In this document: positions 27,559-36,614 of the stretch, one piece after another
Numbering within the stretch: position 1 is the stretch's first letter
Layout: each line of letters begins with the position of its first letter
Assembly: GCA_046726275.1 (NCBI GenBank)
Contig: JBKPAF010000054.1
Coordinates: forward strand, 471 to 64,470
Reading direction: 5' to 3'
Length of the DNA stretch: 64,000 nucleotides
DNA from: Actinomycetota bacterium
GTDB lineage: Bacteria; Actinomycetota; UBA4738
Notes under the pieces: generated by a model
Seen by the model: the letters and a program-made list of their open reading frames with translations, nothing else
Database searches by the model: none
Told to the model about the DNA's origin: nothing
Program-made: the position numbers and the translations under genes

Positions 27559-30225
27559 TCAGCTGGTGGGCAGCTCGGCCGTCCAGACGCCTGCCCGCGT
27601 TCCGTCGCGGCCCACGACGATCAGGTGTGATCCCGTGCGGGTGATGCCGGTCATCACCCGATTCCCTCCGGAGCCGATGGCCCTGGTGGATCGGGTCCAC
27701 GTCACGCCGTCCTCCGAATACCACACGGCGGCGCCCGTTTCCTCACCGGCCTCGTCGACCCCTACCGCCATCAATCCGAACCCGGGAACCTCGACGATCC
27801 CTCGCATCACTTGCACGTCGTCCGCAGCCAGGGCGTCCTGTGTGGGAGCCCGATCCCACGTCCTGCCGTCCACAGACGTCCACACGGCGGCATCCCGATT
27901 CCCGTTCGGACTGTCGTATCCCACGGCGACGAAACCCCCCTGGAACGCGACCACGCTTACGATGGATGCATCGCCTCGTCCGCCTCTCACCGTTCCGCGA
28001 TCCCAAGAGTTGACCGAATCGTCGAAGAACCACGCGGCGGCCTGGCCCTTCTCGTCGCCGACCACCACGATCTGACCGTTGCCATCTGTCACGTCCCGCA
28101 GACTGCTGCCGGCGGCCTCCTCGAAGACCGGATTGGTCGCCTTGTCCCAATGCAGCCCATCGTCCGATGGCCATAGGCGGGCGTGGCCGCCGCTCACCCC
28201 TACGCCGATAGCGACGTCCCGCACGATGGCCACCCGGTTCATGAAGGTGTCCCCGGCACCATGGAAATCGGCCTGATCCGGAACGGGGGTCCACGTCGCG
28301 CCGCCGTCCGGGGAGATCCACGCGGCCGCTGACCTTGTCCGCTGCCCTGCGAGCTTCTCCCATCCCACCGCCACAAGGCCCGTCTCGTCGCCTGCGATCC
28401 CCTGGGCAACCTGGGTCCCTCCTTCCGTGGAGGCGAGCAGTATCCGGCGACTCCAGGAGAAACCATCGGAGGACACCCAGACTGCCCCGCTGGACCCATC
28501 GTTGCCCGCAGCGAGCAACGTCCCGCCGACGAAGGCCGGCCGCAGCATGGATCCGGACCTGGTGGCTTGGATATCCCTCGATGGCACGGGGGCGAACGAG
28601 ATCTTCGAAAGTGGGGATGTGGTGAGAGCGGTCCCACTCGGTCCCGACGTCGGCGTGAGCCCTCCGGTCGGTTTGGTCGAGGGACCGGGACCGCCGCCCC
28701 GACTGATCAAGGCGACAACCAGAACGATCAGGGCGATCGCACCCGCGATCACTCCGAGCACGGCTCCTCGGTGCCGTTGCCAGATCCCGCCTGGTGGCGG
28801 CACGGGCGAAGGGCGCTCCGCCGGCGGGTGCTCTGCCGGCGATGGAGCGACGTCGGGACGGACGGGCGAGACGGCCTCGGCCGCAGGCTCGAGCGCGCTC
28901 GGAAGCGGTCCCGGTGGGGCAGTGGAGACGACCGGGGAGGCGGCTTCTGCCGGGGTGAGGGGGGTCGTCTCCGGCTCTACGGCCGGCGCGACCGTCTCGG
29001 CTTCCGCGGCCTCGACGTCAGCCGCGGCGGGGGGCGCAGCCGCAGCTGTAACGACGACCGAACGGGTGGGCTGATCATGCTCGCGTTGAGCTCGCGCTTC
29101 CAGGCGCTCGTCCCGGTCCTCGATCTCGAAGATCCGTCCGTCGGGGGACCGCATGTAGAGGACGGGCGTCGCCCACTCGACGGCGTTGACCCGGGTGAAG
29201 ATGGCCTTGCGGGCCTCGGACAGCGCAGCGTCGACCGGATACCCGTCCGCCACCGCCGAGTAGAACTCGTTGGCCATCGTGATCGCCGCGACGTCCGAGA
29301 TCTCGAACTGCATCGCGATGACCGCGGGGATGCCCTTGCGGACCAGGCTCTGGGCCGTGCCGGCGAAGGGATCGGTCGTCGAGGTCCGCGCGCCCTCGCA
29401 GGCGTTCAGGACCACCAGCCTGAGCGCCTCGTGGTCGTGCAGGAGGACGCCGAGGGACTCGCCCGACACGGGGTGGCCCCTGCCTTCGAGGTCCTCCAGC
29501 AGGAGCACGCCATCCTGAGCCTCCTCGTCGAACGCCCCGTGCCCCACGAAGTGCAGGACGTGATACTCCTCCCGGCGGAGCCTTCGCTGAAGCGCCTCCA
29601 GGGAGGGCGTGTCGACCCGGTCCATCACCAGGCGGCCCTCGGTGACGGTCGGGCCGAGCGCCTCGTTGAGCTTGGCCCACTCGTGCTCCACGTCCAGAGG
29701 CGGGTAGCCGCTCGGGCTGGAGATCAGGCACAGCATCCGCAACGGCGGGGTCGCGGCGAGCGGCTCAACCCGCTGGGGCAGGTCGATGTACCTGACCAGA
29801 GGCGTCTGGTCGGAGAGGCACAGGAAGCCATCCGAGGAGCTGTCGTAGAGGAACTCCCAGGGGATGTTCGCCAGCGCCGGGGCGTCTCCCAGATGAAGCC
29901 GGACCCGGAGGCCTGCGTGGCTCCGATCGGCCTCGTCCATGCTCCTCAACAGGCACGTGCTGACCGGCCCGGAGAACAGAGACTCGTACAGGTGGCCGCC
30001 GAAGGAGCGCACGTCCTTCATCTGGGGGGACGCGATCGCCCGAACCGTCCGTCTGGTGGTCAGCCGGAAGACCTGGAGAACCAGGATCTCCAGGTCCTTC
30101 TCGGAGAACGGAAGGGTGAAGGTCGTTTCGGATTCCCCGGCGGGCGAGTCGAGGACCGTGGCCCGGTAGTTGGGCCCGTCGCTCTCGATGAGCAGGTCGA
30201 AGTCTAGATACGAGTTGGGTGACAC
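27559..30225 (-). CDS. CHAT (caspase-like) protease - Pro/Ala linker - single TM - Asp-box beta-propeller fusion protein
   Basis: Track ORF of 888 aa with a GTG start and GGAG upstream. CHAT dyad contexts are YHVLHFVGHGAF and LVVLNACEGA. The TM helix is AVLGVIAGAIALIVLVVALIS. Six S/D-x-D-G-x-x-W blades (VSSDGFSW, ISPDGGATW, PSDDGLHW, TSVDGRTW, YSEDGVTW and others) fill the C-terminal 330 aa. Confidence 0.8.
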   Translation of the reverse strand: MSPNSYLDFDLLIESDGPNYRATVLDSPAGESETTFTLPFSEKDLEILVLQVFRLTTRRTVRAIASPQMKDVRSFGGHLYESLFSGPVSTCLLRSMDEADRSHAGLRVRLHLGDAPALANIPWEFLYDSSSDGFLCLSDQTPLVRYIDLPQRVEPLAATPPLRMLCLISSPSGYPPLDVEHEWAKLNEALGPTVTEGRLVMDRVDTPSLEALQRRLRREEYHVLHFVGHGAFDEEAQDGVLLLEDLEGRGHPVSGESLGVLLHDHEALRLVVLNACEGARTSTTDPFAGTAQSLVRKGIPAVIAMQFEISDVAAITMANEFYSAVADGYPVDAALSEARKAIFTRVNAVEWATPVLYMRSPDGRIFEIEDRDERLEARAQREHDQPTRSVVVTAAAAPPAAADVEAAEAETVAPAVEPETTPLTPAEAASPVVSTAPPGPLPSALEPAAEAVSPVRPDVAPSPAEHPPAERPSPVPPPGGIWQRHRGAVLGVIAGAIALIVLVVALISRGGGPGPSTKPTGGLTPTSGPSGTALTTSPLSKISFAPVPSRDIQATRSGSMLRPAFVGGTLLAAGNDGSSGAVWVSSDGFSWSRRILLASTEGGTQVAQGIAGDETGLVAVGWEKLAGQRTRSAAAWISPDGGATWTPVPDQADFHGAGDTFMNRVAIVRDVAIGVGVSGGHARLWPSDDGLHWDKATNPVFEEAAGSSLRDVTDGNGQIVVVGDEKGQAAAWFFDDSVNSWDRGTVRGGRGDASIVSVVAFQGGFVAVGYDSPNGNRDAAVWTSVDGRTWDRAPTQDALAADDVQVMRGIVEVPGFGLMAVGVDEAGEETGAAVWYSEDGVTWTRSTRAIGSGGNRVMTGITRTGSHLIVVGRDGTRAGVWTAELPTS

Positions 30226-30410
30226 GATGCCGCTCCGGGCCTTTCGGCCGCTCTCCCTCGAAGGTAGGGCGATGCTACCCTGGGCCGCCCGTTCGTGGAA
30301 TCCCTTCCTTGGGGGAATCGCCGGGTCCCGGAGGGAGCCGCAGAAAATCAGTTGATCCGCTTGCCTCGGGACGGCGAATCCCGTACAACCCTGCCGCGCA
30401 AAGGGAGCCC

Positions 30411-31304
30411 ATGGCCTCGGGATTCGACCTCGACAAGTACCTCCGGGCCTCGAAGAAGGTCGATCTGTCGGGGATCGACTGGAGGCGCGTCAAGGACCAT
30501 CCCCTGTCCATCGCGGAGGCGAGGACGCTCGCCTACATGATGGACATCGAGAGCCACACGGTGATCTTCCTCCGGGACCTGCTGGCGACCAGGGCCGCGT
30601 TCGAGCCGGAAGTGACCGCCTTCCTGTCGTGCTGGGTCTATGAGGAGCTCTGGCACGGCGAAGCCTTCAGCAGGTTCCTGGGCGAGGCCGGTTACGAGCT
30701 GCCCCCGGACCGCGAGCGGGTCTGGAACGACGCTCCGTACCCCTCCCGAACGGGGCGGAACACCTGGATCAGAAGGAAATTGGGAGCGAAAGGATATGTC
30801 TCGTACTTGGCCACCACGGCGGCAGCCGCGGTGATCAAGGACTTCGTCGCCGTCCACATGACGTGGGGGGCCGTCAACGAGCTGTCCACCCTGAGTGGGT
30901 ACCACCGGCTGATCGCCACGACCGAACACCCCGTGCTGGTCGACCTCCTCGACCGGATCATCAAGGACGAGCGCCGCCACTTCGCCTTCTACCGCGCTCA
31001 GGCTCGGATGCGGCTGGAGCGCAGCCGGCAAGCTCGCACGGTCACCCGGTGGGCGCTGGAGCACCTGTGGGCGCCGGTAGGGACCGGGGTGCGCCCGCAG
31101 CAGGAGACGGATTTCGTCGTGACCTACCTGTTCGGGAACGCCGAGGGCCGGGTAGCGGCGGCCGAGCTCGACGCGACGATCGGCGACCTTCCCGGACTCG
31201 ACGGTATCCACATCTATCGGGACGCTCTCCGCCAGGCGCTCCGCCGGACGCGCGCGCTGCCTCCAGGAAGGGTGACCACACCCCTCGCCGCGTTCCGAGC
31301 CTGA
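30411..31304 (+). CDS. Ferritin-like di-iron protein (acyl-ACP desaturase-like fold)
   Basis: In-frame ATG at 30411 (AAGGGAG upstream) in track ORF 30219..31304. It has two E-x-x-H motifs (VYEELWHGEAF and IIKDERRHFAFY) on predicted helices. Confidence 0.65.
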   Translation: MASGFDLDKYLRASKKVDLSGIDWRRVKDHPLSIAEARTLAYMMDIESHTVIFLRDLLATRAAFEPEVTAFLSCWVYEELWHGEAFSRFLGEAGYELPPDRERVWNDAPYPSRTGRNTWIRRKLGAKGYVSYLATTAAAAVIKDFVAVHMTWGAVNELSTLSGYHRLIATTEHPVLVDLLDRIIKDERRHFAFYRAQARMRLERSRQARTVTRWALEHLWAPVGTGVRPQQETDFVVTYLFGNAEGRVAAAELDATIGDLPGLDGIHIYRDALRQALRRTRALPPGRVTTPLAAFRA

Positions 31305-31393
31305 GTGAGCAGGGGCCGGTGATACCCTAGCCACACCGCGAGAGGGGCGGACGCGGCCGTTCGCACGGCCGCCAGCGAGGGAGTGACCGCGTC

Positions 31394-32572
31394 GTGGAGA
31401 AGCCGGAGATCATCATGGCGCCGGGGCCTACCCCGGTTCCCCCCGAGGTGCTGCTCGCGCAGGGCAGTCCGCTCGTCTACCACCGAGGCCCGGGGTACGG
31501 GGATCTTCTCCGCGAGGTCACCGAAGGGCTGAAGAAGGCCTTCCGGACAGAGAACGACGTCTTGGTGTTCACCTCGTCGGGGACCGGCGGGCTCGAGTCG
31601 GCAGTGGCCAACCTGTTCTCCCCAGGCGATCCGGTGATCGCCCCCGTGGCCGGGTACTTCGGCGATCGGTTCGCCAGGATCGCCGCGGCGTTCGGCCAGG
31701 ACGTCCGGCGCATCGAGTACGAATGGGGCCGGGCGGTTCGTCCCGAGGACGTCGAGAGAGCCCTGGGCGACACACCCGGAGCCAAGGCTGTCCTGGTCCA
31801 GCACAGCGAGACCTCCACGGGAGTCGTCTACGACATCGAGGGCATCGGACGCGTGACCCGCCAGGCCGGCGTCCTCCTCGTGGTCGACGTCATCTCGAGT
31901 CTGGGAGCCGTCCCGTACGAGGGCGACGCCTGGGGAGTGGACGTGGCCATCGGTGGTTCGCAGAAAGCGTTCAGCGCGACGCCGGGGCTCTCCTTCGTGT
32001 CGATCTCGAATGCCGCGTGGCAAGCCACGCAGACGGCCGCGAACCCCCGCTTCTACTTCGATTGGGCCCAGTACAAGAAGTCCTACGAGCTGGAGAGCCC
32101 GGAGAATCCGTTCACGCCCGCCATCTCCCTGATGCTCGGGATGCGGGCCGCCCTCAGGCGGTACTTCGACGAGGGACCGGAGGCGGTCCTGGAGCGCCAC
32201 CGCATCCTGTCCGCCGCGGTCAAGGAGGGGATCAGGGCCCTCGGCCTGGATCTGTCGGGTGAGCACCTCGATCGAGCCTGGGCCGTGACCGCCATCAGGG
32301 CGCCGGAGGGCATCGACGGGGACGAGCTGGTGGCCAAGGTTCGCCGGGACCACGGGATCATCCTGGCTCCCGGACAGGGCCCAATGAAGGGCAAGGTCTT
32401 CCGGATCGGGCATCTCGGGAACTACGACCGATTCGACATCATCCGGGGCCTGGCCGCCCTCGAGCTCACCCTGGAGGAGATGGGGTACCCGGTGAAGCGT
32501 GGGTCGGCGGTGGCGGCCGCCGAGCAGGTCTTCTCCGCCGCGCCGGCCACGTCGTCCGTGCCGGGGACCTAG
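31394..32572 (+). CDS. Class-V aminotransferase (AGXT/serine-pyruvate type; probable phosphoserine aminotransferase role)
   Basis: Track ORF of 392 aa. Motifs: MAPGPTPVPPEVL, SSGTGGLESAV, VQHSETSTGVV, GGSQKAFSATPGLSF (PLP Lys). It ends 14 nt upstream of serA. Confidence 0.8.
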   Translation: MEKPEIIMAPGPTPVPPEVLLAQGSPLVYHRGPGYGDLLREVTEGLKKAFRTENDVLVFTSSGTGGLESAVANLFSPGDPVIAPVAGYFGDRFARIAAAFGQDVRRIEYEWGRAVRPEDVERALGDTPGAKAVLVQHSETSTGVVYDIEGIGRVTRQAGVLLVVDVISSLGAVPYEGDAWGVDVAIGGSQKAFSATPGLSFVSISNAAWQATQTAANPRFYFDWAQYKKSYELESPENPFTPAISLMLGMRAALRRYFDEGPEAVLERHRILSAAVKEGIRALGLDLSGEHLDRAWAVTAIRAPEGIDGDELVAKVRRDHGIILAPGQGPMKGKVFRIGHLGNYDRFDIIRGLAALELTLEEMGYPVKRGSAVAAAEQVFSAAPATSSVPGT

Positions 32573-32586
32573 CACCCGCAGCGGCC

Positions 32587-34173
32587 ATGAAGGTCCTGGT
32601 CACCGAGCCGCTGTCCGAGAGCGGCCTCGCGATCCTCCGCGAGGACTTCGAGGTCGACGTGATGCCCGAGCTCGCGAAGGAGGGCCTGGCAGAGGTCATC
32701 GCTCCGTACTCCGGCCTGATCGTCCGGTCGCAGACGAAGGTCACCGAGGAGGTCTTGGACCGGGCGGAGTGGCTGAAGGTGATCGGCCGCGCCGGGATCG
32801 GCCTGGACAACGTGGACGTCGAGGCCGCCACCCGGAGGGGAGTGTTGGTGGTAAACGCGCCGCAGTCCAACATCGTGTCGGCGGCGGAGCACACCATCGC
32901 CCTGATGCTGGCCCAGGCGCGGAACATCCCCCAGGCCAACTCCGCGCTCAAGTCGGGCCGGTGGGAGCGGGAGCACTTCCAGGGCGTCGAGCTGCACGGG
33001 AAGACCCTGGGCGTGGTCGGCCTGGGCCGGGTCGGCACCATGGTGGCCCAGAGGGCCCTGGCGTTCGGAATGCGAATCGTCGGCTACGACCCGTATGTCT
33101 CCAAGGATCGTGCCAAGCAGCTCGGGGTGGAGCTGATGCCGAACCTCGAGGCCCTACTTGTTCAGGCGGACATCATCACCATCCACCTCCCCCGTACGCC
33201 GGAAACGGAAGGGCTCATCGGGGAGCGCGAGATCACGCTCATGCGCGACGGGGCTCGCATCGTCAACACCTCGCGAGGTGGCATCGTCGACGAGAAGGCG
33301 CTGGTGACCGCGCTCCGGGACGGCAAGCTCGGGGGCGCCGCGTTGGACGTGTTCTCCGAGGAGCCGGTGCCCCAGGCCCACCCATTGCTGGTGTTCGAGC
33401 AGGTCGTCGCCACCCCTCACCTGGGGGCTTCCACGCAGGAGGCCCAGGACAAGGCAGGGGCGGCGATCGCCGAGATGGTCCGCCTGGCCCTGCGCGGGGA
33501 GTTCGTCCCATACGCGGTGAACGTGCCGGCGGCGGGCGAGGTGAACGAGCAGGTCCGGCCGTTCTTGCCCCTGGCGGAGAAGTTGGGAGCCATCCTCACC
33601 GGCCTAGCCGAGGCGCCGGTCCGGTCTCTCGAGGCGGAATACCTGGGCCGCCTCGCCGAGCACGACACGCGCGTGCTGACGCTGGCGGCGCTGAAGGGGG
33701 CCCTGGCCCGAGTGGTCCACGAGCCGGTGTCGTTCGTGAATGCCTCCATGATCGCCAGGGAACGAGGGATCGGCGTCTCGGAGCGGAAGTCCACCGCTTC
33801 GCACGACTACGTGAACCTGATGACCCTTCGAGCCGACACCGAGGACGGCGAGGTCGCCGTGTCGGGGACCCTGGTGGGGAAGAGGGACGGCGAGCGGCTG
33901 GTCCACGTGTACGACTTCGACATCGATATGGCTCCGGCAAGGTACATGGCCTTCTTCCTGTACGAGGATCGACCGGGAGTGATCGGGACGGTCGGCACGA
34001 TGCTGGGGAGCGCAGGGATCAACATCGCCAGCATGGAGGTTGGCCGCAAGGAGGTGGGAGGCGCGGCCCTGATGGGCTTGACCGTCGACAGCCCCATCCC
34101 TGCCGAAGTCCTGGCCGAGATCGAACAGACGGTCGGGGCCAAACGGGCTCACTCCATCGTCGTCCCCACGTGA
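32587..34173 (+). CDS. serA: D-3-phosphoglycerate dehydrogenase (long form with ASB and ACT domains)
   Basis: Track ORF of 528 aa. Motifs: GRAGIGLDNVDV, GKTLGVVGLGRVG (NAD site), PHLGASTQEAQ. The C-terminal ACT-like segment reads YEDRPGVIGTVGTMLGSAGINIASMEV. Confidence 0.95.
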   Translation: MKVLVTEPLSESGLAILREDFEVDVMPELAKEGLAEVIAPYSGLIVRSQTKVTEEVLDRAEWLKVIGRAGIGLDNVDVEAATRRGVLVVNAPQSNIVSAAEHTIALMLAQARNIPQANSALKSGRWEREHFQGVELHGKTLGVVGLGRVGTMVAQRALAFGMRIVGYDPYVSKDRAKQLGVELMPNLEALLVQADIITIHLPRTPETEGLIGEREITLMRDGARIVNTSRGGIVDEKALVTALRDGKLGGAALDVFSEEPVPQAHPLLVFEQVVATPHLGASTQEAQDKAGAAIAEMVRLALRGEFVPYAVNVPAAGEVNEQVRPFLPLAEKLGAILTGLAEAPVRSLEAEYLGRLAEHDTRVLTLAALKGALARVVHEPVSFVNASMIARERGIGVSERKSTASHDYVNLMTLRADTEDGEVAVSGTLVGKRDGERLVHVYDFDIDMAPARYMAFFLYEDRPGVIGTVGTMLGSAGINIASMEVGRKEVGGAALMGLTVDSPIPAEVLAEIEQTVGAKRAHSIVVPT

Positions 34174-34223
34174 GCCGACAGTCGGCCGAGGCGCGCCGAC
34201 ACCCTCTTCCAGCCGCCCTCGGC

Positions 34224-34706
34224 TCAGTCGTTGGAGATGTCAAACCCCTTCGTGTTCAGGTCGTTGATGGCCTTCTGGATGGCGATCATCGCGGGGAGTG
34301 TCTGATCGGTGACCTGCTGGTTGAACCTCTGGATCGCGTCCAGGTCGCCCTTCTCCGTGGCCTCGGCGAACGCCCCGAAGGCCGCGGCGAAGTCCCGGAA
34401 ACCGTCTGCCAGCCTTCGGTGGATGTCCTCGATCTCCGACGGTGGAGTCACCTTGTCCAGGCGGTCGGCTGCGTCCCGGATGTTGTCCTGGCCGTCCCGG
34501 ATGGCCCCCGCCGCCTCCGCCAGCGAGCTCGGGTTCGCCAGCTTCGGGGAGGAAAACGTCTCCGAGAGCGTGGTGGAGAGCTCGTTGCCGATCTGGTTGA
34601 CAGTGCGCTCGTACTGAGCCTTCGTGAGTCGCGACTCGCCTGCGCACGCCGCGGCGATGAGGGCGACGATCGTCAGGGAGACGAAGACTCTCATCCGCTC
34701 AGGCAC
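34224..34706 (-). CDS. Small helical lipoprotein, unknown function
   Basis: Track ORF of 160 aa. The signal and lipobox-like sequence is VSLTIVALIAAAC-AG. The rest is predicted helical. No family recognised. Confidence 0.6.
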   Translation of the reverse strand: MPERMRVFVSLTIVALIAAACAGESRLTKAQYERTVNQIGNELSTTLSETFSSPKLANPSSLAEAAGAIRDGQDNIRDAADRLDKVTPPSEIEDIHRRLADGFRDFAAAFGAFAEATEKGDLDAIQRFNQQVTDQTLPAMIAIQKAINDLNTKGFDISND

Positions 34707-34856
34707 GAGGACCAGCCACGCTAGGTGTTCGGACGCGGGCCGTCAACGGGCGGTGTGCTGAGCGGCGCGGCGCCCGGGTATCCTTTAAGGCAAGCAAGTC
34801 TCGTCGCCGCTCCCCAACGGCGCGGGTTCTCCCTGATCGATCGAAGGAGGATCGAG

Positions 34857-35783
34857 GTGCCGATCACGCCGGTAGAGAAGATCTGGATGGACGGGAAGCT
34901 CGTGGACTGGGAGAAGGCGACCGTCCACGTCCTCACCCACGCGCTCCACTACGGAAGCGGAGTGTTCGAAGGGGTCCGGGCATACGAGACGAAGCGAGGA
35001 GCCGCGGTCTTCCGGCTGCCGGATCACATCAGACGGCTCTACCGGTCCGCTCACGTATACCAGATGCCCATCCCGTTCGAGCAGGAGGAACTGGTCGAGG
35101 GCGTTCGGGAGACGGTCGGGGCCAACGGCCTCAAGTCATGCTATATCCGTCCCCTCGTCTATCGCGGATACGGCGAGATGGGTCTCAACCCTCTCCATGC
35201 GCCGGTGAATGTCTCGATCGCGGTGTGGCCGTGGGGAACCTACCTCGGCGAGGAGTCCCTGGAGACCGGCGTGCGCGCCAAGATCTCTTCCTGGAAGCGC
35301 AGCGACCACAACATCCTGCCTCCTGGGGCCAAGGCCACCGGCCAGTACATCAACTCCGGCCTGGCCAAGGTGGAGGCTCTCAACGCGGGATATGACGAGG
35401 GGATCATGCTGAACATGGCCGGGCACGTCACCGACGGGCCGGGCGAGAACATCTTCATCGTGAAGGACGGCGTCCTGTACACGCCCCCTTTCTCGGCCGG
35501 GTGCCTGGATGGCATCACCCGCGACTCGATCATTGCCATCGCCCGCGACCAGGGGTACGAGGTCGTCGAGCGGAACCTCTCGCGGTTCGACCTGTACACG
35601 GCCGATGAGGCCTTCTACACGGGCACGGCCGCCGAGGTCGCCCCGATCCGGGAGATCGACGACCGCGCGCTCGGGACGAACGGCCGTGGCCCGGTGACCA
35701 AGGAGCTCCAGGGGATCTTCTTCGCCGCCGCCCGGGGCGAGATCGAGAAGTACCAGGGCTGGCTGACGTACGTCACTGATTGA
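34857..35783 (+). CDS. ilvE: Branched-chain amino acid aminotransferase
   Basis: In-frame GTG at 34857 with GAAGGAGG 7 nt upstream, within track ORF 34725..35783. Motifs: HALHYGSGVFEGVRAY, YIRPLVYRG, AKATGQYINS, ENIFIVKDGVLYTP, GITRDS. Confidence 0.9.
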   Translation: MPITPVEKIWMDGKLVDWEKATVHVLTHALHYGSGVFEGVRAYETKRGAAVFRLPDHIRRLYRSAHVYQMPIPFEQEELVEGVRETVGANGLKSCYIRPLVYRGYGEMGLNPLHAPVNVSIAVWPWGTYLGEESLETGVRAKISSWKRSDHNILPPGAKATGQYINSGLAKVEALNAGYDEGIMLNMAGHVTDGPGENIFIVKDGVLYTPPFSAGCLDGITRDSIIAIARDQGYEVVERNLSRFDLYTADEAFYTGTAAEVAPIREIDDRALGTNGRGPVTKELQGIFFAAARGEIEKYQGWLTYVTD

Positions 35784-35852
35784 CCCCATCCCAACCGCGC
35801 GATCCCTGCTGACGAGTGACGGGCTGATCGCTACCGGCTAGCCTCCTCCCTC

Positions 35853-36614
35853 GTGAGGCTCGTGAGGTTCAGGCACGGCGATCGCATCGCTGCGGGCACA
35901 CTGGAGGGGGACTTCGTCCGGCCCCTCCAGGGCACCTTCGTTGAGAACCCCCTTCCGACCGGGGAGGAGATCCCGCTGTCGGTCGTCCGCCTGCTCTCGC
36001 CCGTCCTCCCGTCCAAGGTGGTGTGCGTCGGGCGGAATTACTTGGAGCACGCCCAGGAGATGGGAACCGACGTCCCCGAGGAGCCCGTCCTGTTCATCAA
36101 ACCTTCGACGTCGGTGATCGGGCCGGGCGATCCGATTCCGTACCCCAGGATCTCTGAGCAGGTGGAACCCGAGGGCGAACTGGCTGTGGTCATCGGCCGG
36201 CTGGCCCGGAGGGTGCGAGCCGAGGAGGCTGGGAACTATGTTCTCGGGTTCGCCTGCGGCAACGACGTGACCGCCCGAGACCTCCAGCGCAGGGACGGCC
36301 AGTGGACGCGGGGCAAGGGATTCGACGGCTTCTGCCCCCTCGGGCCGTGGATCGAGACGGAGCTGGACCCCACGGACCTCGAGCTGGAATGCCGGGTCAA
36401 CGGGGAGATCCGCCAGTCCGCCCGGACCTCGCAGCTCGCGTTCGGGCCGAACGTGCTGATCGAGTTCATCACCTCGGTCATGACGCTGCTCCCTGGCGAC
36501 GTGATCCTGACCGGCACACCCGCCGGTGTCGGTCCGATGAAGCCGGGCGATCGCGTCGAGGTCGAGGTGGAGGGCATCGGCATCCTGGAGAACGAGGTGG
36601 TCGAGGGTGACTGA
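35853..36614 (+). CDS. Fumarylacetoacetate hydrolase (FAH) family protein
   Basis: Track ORF of 253 aa. Motifs: VVCVGRNYLEHAQEMG, EGELAVVIG, NDVTARDLQ, GKGFDGFCPLGP, LPGDVILTGTPAGVG. It overlaps the gltX start by 8 nt. Confidence 0.9.
   Translation: MRLVRFRHGDRIAAGTLEGDFVRPLQGTFVENPLPTGEEIPLSVVRLLSPVLPSKVVCVGRNYLEHAQEMGTDVPEEPVLFIKPSTSVIGPGDPIPYPRISEQVEPEGELAVVIGRLARRVRAEEAGNYVLGFACGNDVTARDLQRRDGQWTRGKGFDGFCPLGPWIETELDPTDLELECRVNGEIRQSARTSQLAFGPNVLIEFITSVMTLLPGDVILTGTPAGVGPMKPGDRVEVEVEGIGILENEVVEGD

Noticed and set aside
28750-29110. A Pro/Ala/Glu-rich low-complexity stretch with many overlapping alternate-frame ORFs inside the CHAT gene. It could be a separate gene or a repeat element.
   Set aside because: It is in frame with both flanking domains of the 888-aa ORF and has no internal stop. 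I interpret it as the cytoplasmic linker before the TM helix.
34174-34223. Possible bidirectional terminator between convergent serA and the lipoprotein gene, based on the palindrome GCCGAC-A-GTCGGC and GCCGAGG...CCTCGGC.
   Set aside because: The stems are short and no U-tract lies on either strand. It is too weak to annotate.
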